From: Infirmifilum sp.
GTDB taxonomy: Archaea; Thermoproteota; Thermoprotei; Thermofilales; Thermofilaceae
Reading direction: 5' to 3'
DNA length: 64,000 bases
Assembly (NCBI GenBank): GCA_041287245.1
Contig: JBEULP010000039.1
Span: forward strand, 17,608-81,607
Shown: positions 58,990 through 64,000 of the stretch, one piece after another
How positions within the stretch are numbered: position 1 is the stretch's first letter
Layout: the number at the start of each line of letters is the position of its first letter
Position numbers and translations under genes: made by a program
The notes under the pieces: generated by a model
Databases searched by the model: none
Told to the model about the DNA's origin: nothing
What the model saw: only the letters and a program-made list of their open reading frames with translations

Positions 58990-59010
58990 AGCTAAACCTC
59001 CTCCTCACCT

Positions 59011-60450
59011 TCATTTATATTTATCCAGGAAAGACGCGTTGTCGCTGAAGCCAAGGCTGTCGAGTAATTTAACCGTTAGCGTTGAGATTTCCTTATCCAC
59101 ATCGCGGCGAAACTCAGCGTCCTCCCTGTATAATTCAATAATAGCGTCTCTAAAGACACGCCTGCCATCCCGTCTAAGATTCAAAGCTAAAAAGGAGTAG
59201 TATCGGAAAAGAGGCGCCTCAGCCACCCTCTCTCCTTTGGATGAAAACAATTTCTTGTGTTCCTCAAGCCTTCTCTCAAGGACTTGGTCATATAACTCTC
59301 CTCTTTCACGGACTTGTTCCTCCAGGAATTCGGTGACAGCACTGTATATTTCGTCGTAGAGCCTTCTAGCACGCGGGGACGGATGCCTAGACATTAGAAC
59401 CATTAGCAGCTCAAAATATACTCCGGAAACCTTATACTTGAACATTCCATCTGTTGCCCTCCTTATAGTATCGTGGACTCCTCTCCCCTTCATCGAGTAT
59501 GGGCTGCTGCCGCTTCCACTATGGAAGGAAAGTAGTGTGCCGAATATGCCTGAGACCAGCGTGTAAGTCTTTACACGATTATATAGAGACTCTAGGTCAC
59601 CGAGGTAATCCTCACGCTTGTGAAACCCCACGTTAGGCGCTATAAAATCCACGGTTATGCCCATCCTCCTCAACCTGTCCAGCACAAAGAAGAGCTCAAG
59701 AGGGTCGGTTACGCTCGGAGTCTCGTCAAAAGCCACTTCAACTCCAAAGTTCCAGGGCGTGTATTCTTTTATTATTTCGTAGATTTTCTTGGTAACTTCT
59801 AGGCTCCTCATAAACTTCAGGTACAAACGCTTCACCCTCTCTCGGTCAAACCTGACTCTAACACCGTTCATCTCCACATCTATGTTCTCGTAATGCTCAA
59901 CGAGACTAGGAGAGCCATATACCTCCTTGAAGGCTCTGTCAACATCGTCAACTGGAAGCGCATCAACCGAGTAGTCAATCAAGTCGCAGGTGTCAATAGT
60001 ATAGAAGTTTATACTCCGAGTCGAGGTAGCCTCTTCAACCTCTTCTTCAATGTACTTTAACGCCGCCTCTACCTCCTTATCCGAGAGTCTTCTCTGCACA
60101 GTACTTCCCGAAATCCGCTTTACAGCCTCGCTTGACACTGAGACAGAGACGTGATCAGCCTCAACCTCTATGACCACACCCTTCTCCCGAGCCTTTGCAA
60201 CAGAAGACTCGATGTAGCCTCGGATAGATGTGCCTGTATGCCCCCTAGCTATCTCATATACACCGGGTGGGGCCTTGATGACGTACTCGGGGGCTGTTTC
60301 ACGGTGATAGGAAAGCATGACTCCTCCCACGCTGTTCTTTATTTTGAAGCCGGTGAGTATACCTTCGAGAAACACTTCTGGAAGCCTGACTCCCACGGCG
60401 AGGTGGGGCAAACGACCAAGATATCGTGGCGTTTCAACCATTAAAATCAA
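59011..60450 (-). CDS. Tagaturonate/fructuronate epimerase (UxaE) family protein
   Basis: ADH, FYTID, EVAFDETPSVT, FIAPNVGF.KREDY.GD, LSFHSGSG, YKVSG.YF. Confidence 0.78.
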   Translation of the reverse strand: MILMVETPRYLGRLPHLAVGVRLPEVFLEGILTGFKIKNSVGGVMLSYHRETAPEYVIKAPPGVYEIARGHTGTSIRGYIESSVAKAREKGVVIEVEADHVSVSVSSEAVKRISGSTVQRRLSDKEVEAALKYIEEEVEEATSTRSINFYTIDTCDLIDYSVDALPVDDVDRAFKEVYGSPSLVEHYENIDVEMNGVRVRFDRERVKRLYLKFMRSLEVTKKIYEIIKEYTPWNFGVEVAFDETPSVTDPLELFFVLDRLRRMGITVDFIAPNVGFHKREDYLGDLESLYNRVKTYTLVSGIFGTLLSFHSGSGSSPYSMKGRGVHDTIRRATDGMFKYKVSGVYFELLMVLMSRHPSPRARRLYDEIYSAVTEFLEEQVRERGELYDQVLERRLEEHKKLFSSKGERVAEAPLFRYYSFLALNLRRDGRRVFRDAIIELYREDAEFRRDVDKEISTLTVKLLDSLGFSDNASFLDKYK

Positions 60451-60492
60451 TACAAGACTTCGAAGGATAAATGTATTAAACTTTCCCTAACT

Positions 60493-62922
60493 TCATTTTT
60501 CGATAGAGATAGATATCTCCGGGTATTCGGGAACCTTCCGGGTTCCTGAAGAATCTCTGTGTAGTAATACGTTTTCAGCCCTTAAAGTCCCCTTCAAGTC
60601 CTCGACAAACTCGGGTAGAACGTTAAAGTATTTCTCGGAGTGCAGGTGAATAGCTTTTACCGGAGCCCCCAAGGCTATCCTAGCATCATGCTTTGCCCGC
60701 CTAGCCTCGGCTATCGTGGCTATCAACATATCTCCTATCTCAGCGCTTTTACTATCAAACTCAATCTTTTCAGGCCAGGGTGCCACAGTTATGCTCTCAT
60801 AACGCTCCTTCGAGCCATATAGGGCGTTATATAGCTCCTCACTCAGATGGGGAGCAAAAATCGAGAGAATATTTAAAGCCGAAAGAAAGGCTCTATACGA
60901 GGTGAACAAGGCTCCCCTATCGCCGCGCGCGACCCTATACTTGATGGCCTCGAGATAGTGGTCACAGAACTTGTGCCAAACGGTGTCGACGAGCAGTTGG
61001 GAGGCACCTTGGAAGTCAAAGTTTTCCAACGCACTCCTTGCTTTTTCGACCAACAAGGACGTCTCTCGCAATATCCAGTGGTCAATGCTTCTTAACTCGC
61101 GGGCATCCTCCTCAATGGGCCGGTAATCTCGCAGATAGTTATGGAGCAAGCGTGCGGCATTCCAGACCTTGACGAGGAACCTGTGAGCATAGTCGACGCC
61201 TTCCCAGGAAAACCTCACGTCCTGCCCTGTGGAGGCAGCCATGGCGACCCAAAGTCTAAAGCTGTCGGCGCCGTATTTCTCGAGAACCTCGCTCACAGCA
61301 ACATAATTGCCGTAGCTTTTATGCATCATTCTCCCATCAGTGCCCCTAACCATCCCGTTGATGAGTGCTGTCTTGAACTGAGGCTTGTTGAAGAGAGCGA
61401 TACCCCTGACGATGAGGTAGTAGTCCCAGGTTCTTATAATGTCATACCCGTTAGGCTGGAGGTCGGCTGGGAAAAGCCTCTCGTCGAAATTGTCAGGCCA
61501 TCCAGCGTGTACTGCTGCAGTAATACTTGAGTCCATCCAGGTATCCATAACATCCTTCTCGCCGATTATATTCCTGGACCCGCATCTCGGACACCGCTCA
61601 AAAGGCGGTTTTTCGAACCTTGGGTCTATAGGTAGGTGTTCAGGGTCTACAACTATTTCGAGTCCACAGTCTTTACAGTAGTAAACCGGGATAGGCGTGG
61701 CGAAAAGCCTTTGACGCGAAATCACCCAGTCCCAGTCTAAGCTTAAAACCCAGTTCTCAAGCCTCTTATACATGTAGGAGGGAATCCACTGGATCTTCTT
61801 CCCCTCCTTAAGGACTGCCTCGTTCAAAGCTGTTGTTTTCACAAACCACTGCTTCTTCGGAATTATCTCTACAGGTGTGTGGCATCGCCAACAGGTTCCC
61901 ACCGTGGTCTGGGTGTTCTCCACCTTCACCAGGAGGTTTCTCTCCTTCAGAATATTCACCATCTTCTTCCTAGCTTCCTCTATGGGGAGCCCCTCAAGAG
62001 GCCCAGCGTTGCTGTTCATACGTCCATTATCCGTGATTGATATTATGAGTGGAAGCCCATACTTCACCTGCCACTTAACGTCAGTCTTGTCTCCATAGGT
62101 GCAGATCATTACAGCGCCAGAGCCGAAGTTCTTGTCTACAGCCTCGTCAGCAATAATGGGAACCTCTCTCTCATAGACAGGTACAATGGCGTGAAGCCCC
62201 ACAATTCTCTTGTATCTCTCGTCGTCGGGGTTCACAGCCACAGCGACACAAGAGGCTAAGAGCTCGGGACGCGTTGAGGCTATTACGAGGTCCTCGCCAG
62301 TCTCACGAACCCTAAACTTGAAGTAGTAAAGGGGTCTAGTCGTTTCAACATATTCTACCTCCGCCTCGGCGATGGCGGTCTCACACCTAGGGCACCATAT
62401 AACAGGATGCTCTGCCCTGTAAATCAGCCCCTTCTTATACATCTCGACAAAGCTAAGCTGGGTTCTACGCCAGTAATCCTTGTCCATAGTCATGTACTCG
62501 GTAGACCAGTCTATGCTTAAACCAAGACCTTTCAACGCACGCCTCATCGAGTCTATCCATTCAAGCGTATACTTCTTGCATAGAGAGATAAACTCTTGAG
62601 ACTCAAACTCACTCTTCTTCTTCCCTGTTATTCTCTCAACCCTGACCTCCGTGGGTAGGCCGTGGCAGTCCCACCCCTGAGGAAAATAAACATTAAAGCC
62701 TTGCTTTCTCTTATACCTAGCTACAAAGTCGATGTACGAGAAGTTTAAAGCATTACCAACATGTAGCTCGCCGCTCGGGTAAGGCGGAGGCGTGTCGATA
62801 CTATATGTCGGGCGTGTCCTATCTTCCCGGTTAAACCTATAGATGCCTCTTTCCTCCCAGAACCTCTGCCACTTACTCTCCACAGCCTTGAAATCATACG
62901 TTTTAGGGAGCTCACTACTCAT
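60493..62922 (-). CDS. valS: Valine--tRNA ligase
   Basis: DTPPPYPSGELHVGN (HIGH-like), WVISRQR, DVMDTWMDSS, MHKSYGN (KMSKS-like). Confidence 0.97.
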   Translation of the reverse strand: MSSELPKTYDFKAVESKWQRFWEERGIYRFNREDRTRPTYSIDTPPPYPSGELHVGNALNFSYIDFVARYKRKQGFNVYFPQGWDCHGLPTEVRVERITGKKKSEFESQEFISLCKKYTLEWIDSMRRALKGLGLSIDWSTEYMTMDKDYWRRTQLSFVEMYKKGLIYRAEHPVIWCPRCETAIAEAEVEYVETTRPLYYFKFRVRETGEDLVIASTRPELLASCVAVAVNPDDERYKRIVGLHAIVPVYEREVPIIADEAVDKNFGSGAVMICTYGDKTDVKWQVKYGLPLIISITDNGRMNSNAGPLEGLPIEEARKKMVNILKERNLLVKVENTQTTVGTCWRCHTPVEIIPKKQWFVKTTALNEAVLKEGKKIQWIPSYMYKRLENWVLSLDWDWVISRQRLFATPIPVYYCKDCGLEIVVDPEHLPIDPRFEKPPFERCPRCGSRNIIGEKDVMDTWMDSSITAAVHAGWPDNFDERLFPADLQPNGYDIIRTWDYYLIVRGIALFNKPQFKTALINGMVRGTDGRMMHKSYGNYVAVSEVLEKYGADSFRLWVAMAASTGQDVRFSWEGVDYAHRFLVKVWNAARLLHNYLRDYRPIEEDARELRSIDHWILRETSLLVEKARSALENFDFQGASQLLVDTVWHKFCDHYLEAIKYRVARGDRGALFTSYRAFLSALNILSIFAPHLSEELYNALYGSKERYESITVAPWPEKIEFDSKSAEIGDMLIATIAEARRAKHDARIALGAPVKAIHLHSEKYFNVLPEFVEDLKGTLRAENVLLHRDSSGTRKVPEYPEISISIEK

Positions 62923-62975
62923 AGAATCGTTTCTTCAACAGAAAAGGGAATAAAAATTTTACCGTAAAAGAGAAA

Positions 62976-63743
62976 CTAATGGTGATGGTGGTGGTGATGG
63001 TGATGATGCTCTTCTTCAGCCTCGACCACGGTCTCCTCGGTCGTGATACCCGCAATAGCCTCTCGAAGCTCCTTGGGAATCTCCACCTCGTACGCCTCAA
63101 GTATCTTCGCAACGAAATATGGATCCGGCGCCGCCCCCTCAAACTCCACCTTGTCAACCCCGTCAACCTGTATGACGTTTTTAGGCACCGCGTAAACGCC
63201 ATACTGGTCTGCTAGTTCGCTGAACTCTAAAGCCTCGATCATATCACCATAAATATTCTTGTTGATCATAGCAAACCTATGAGAAGCCCTCACAGCCAAC
63301 GGGCAGTAGGGGCACGTCGGGGTCACGAAAATCATTATACGAGTCGGCTTAACCACATACTTGGTAAGTAACTCAGCAAGCCCAGGGTCAACCTGGGGCC
63401 TACCAGTAGAGGCGTCGATAATATCCTCAACGAAAGCGCCGAACTCATAACCAGCTGGAATACCAAAATACCTAACATGCCACTCGTCAACACCGTGTAT
63501 TAAGATGGCAGGGAACATGGGAATACTATACTTTTTAGCTTCAGGGTCGCTACTCTTGTGCTTAACAACCCTAACCTTACCATTCGACGTCTTAGTCAAA
63601 AGCTCCAAAATCTGCTCGGTATCTTCACAGTACATACACTCTGCATCGGGATCCCTGAAATACCTAATAGTCACAGGGTTCTCTAGCCCTGAAAACATCC
63701 TGGTAAGCTCCTCAACCAGCTCCTCATCATATTCAACCGGCAT
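62976..63743 (-). CDS. Protein disulfide oxidoreductase (two thioredoxin folds) with C-terminal His10 tail
   Basis: CMYC and CPYC motifs, YFGIPAGYEF, YGVYAVPK; ends EEEHHHHHHHHHH. Confidence 0.92.
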   Translation of the reverse strand: MPVEYDEELVEELTRMFSGLENPVTIRYFRDPDAECMYCEDTEQILELLTKTSNGKVRVVKHKSSDPEAKKYSIPMFPAILIHGVDEWHVRYFGIPAGYEFGAFVEDIIDASTGRPQVDPGLAELLTKYVVKPTRIMIFVTPTCPYCPLAVRASHRFAMINKNIYGDMIEALEFSELADQYGVYAVPKNVIQVDGVDKVEFEGAAPDPYFVAKILEAYEVEIPKELREAIAGITTEETVVEAEEEHHHHHHHHHH

Positions 63744-64000
63744 ATCTAATCCGAACCCTAATCGATAACCGCTTTTTAAGCCTATCCATCAGCCCTCCTA
63801 CCTAAAATATGCAAACACGCACCCATAGAGCCCAACATCCACTCCCATTTTATTTAGAAAAAAGATATAAGGAGCACATGTACAAAATAAAATTGAAACA
63901 TAAAGAAAAGTTTGATACCATGGTGTAACACGTCATAAAAAATCTAAATATATCGGACAAATTATAACATCCTGTACACGAGAATCTTGTATTTCAACAC

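Noticed and set aside
63780..64000. AT-rich terminal region ending ATTTCAACAC, with an ACCATGGT palindrome, as a possible CRISPR leader or origin
   Set aside because: No repeat unit or ORB is visible within the window; cannot be judged without the downstream sequence

Overview
Gene-dense archaeal chromosome segment, most consistent with Thermoproteota (Thermoproteales, Thermofilaceae-like). The taxonomy is inferred from the co-occurrence of Rpo8/RpoG, rpS30e, TFE-beta (RPC34-like), an archaeal histone and a two-intron tRNA. Most genes are informational: PolB (partial), proteasome beta, Trm1, RNase P proteins, fibrillarin/Nop5/Gar1, GINS, aIF2-beta, RNA polymerase subunits, CCA enzyme, GatDE, TgtA, Pus10, ThiI and ValRS. 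The window also has a PRPP/ribose-bisphosphate cluster, a split A/V-type ATP synthase cluster (A-B-D-C, acdA, I, K), class III RNR, HypF, a UxaE-like epimerase, two intron-containing tRNAs (Leu-TAG, Asn-GTT) and a probable C/D box sRNA. The most notable observations are a 944-aa ATP synthase subunit I with an apparent internal duplication of its soluble lobe, a tandem active/degenerate R15P isomerase (eIF2B-like) pair, a C/D sRNA whose two guides fit one tRNA, a probable CTG-initiated gene coupled to rpoL, a His10-tailed disulfide oxidoreductase and a periodic Cys-rich small protein. No CRISPR array or mobile element was found. All calls come from motif recognition only; no database searches were run.
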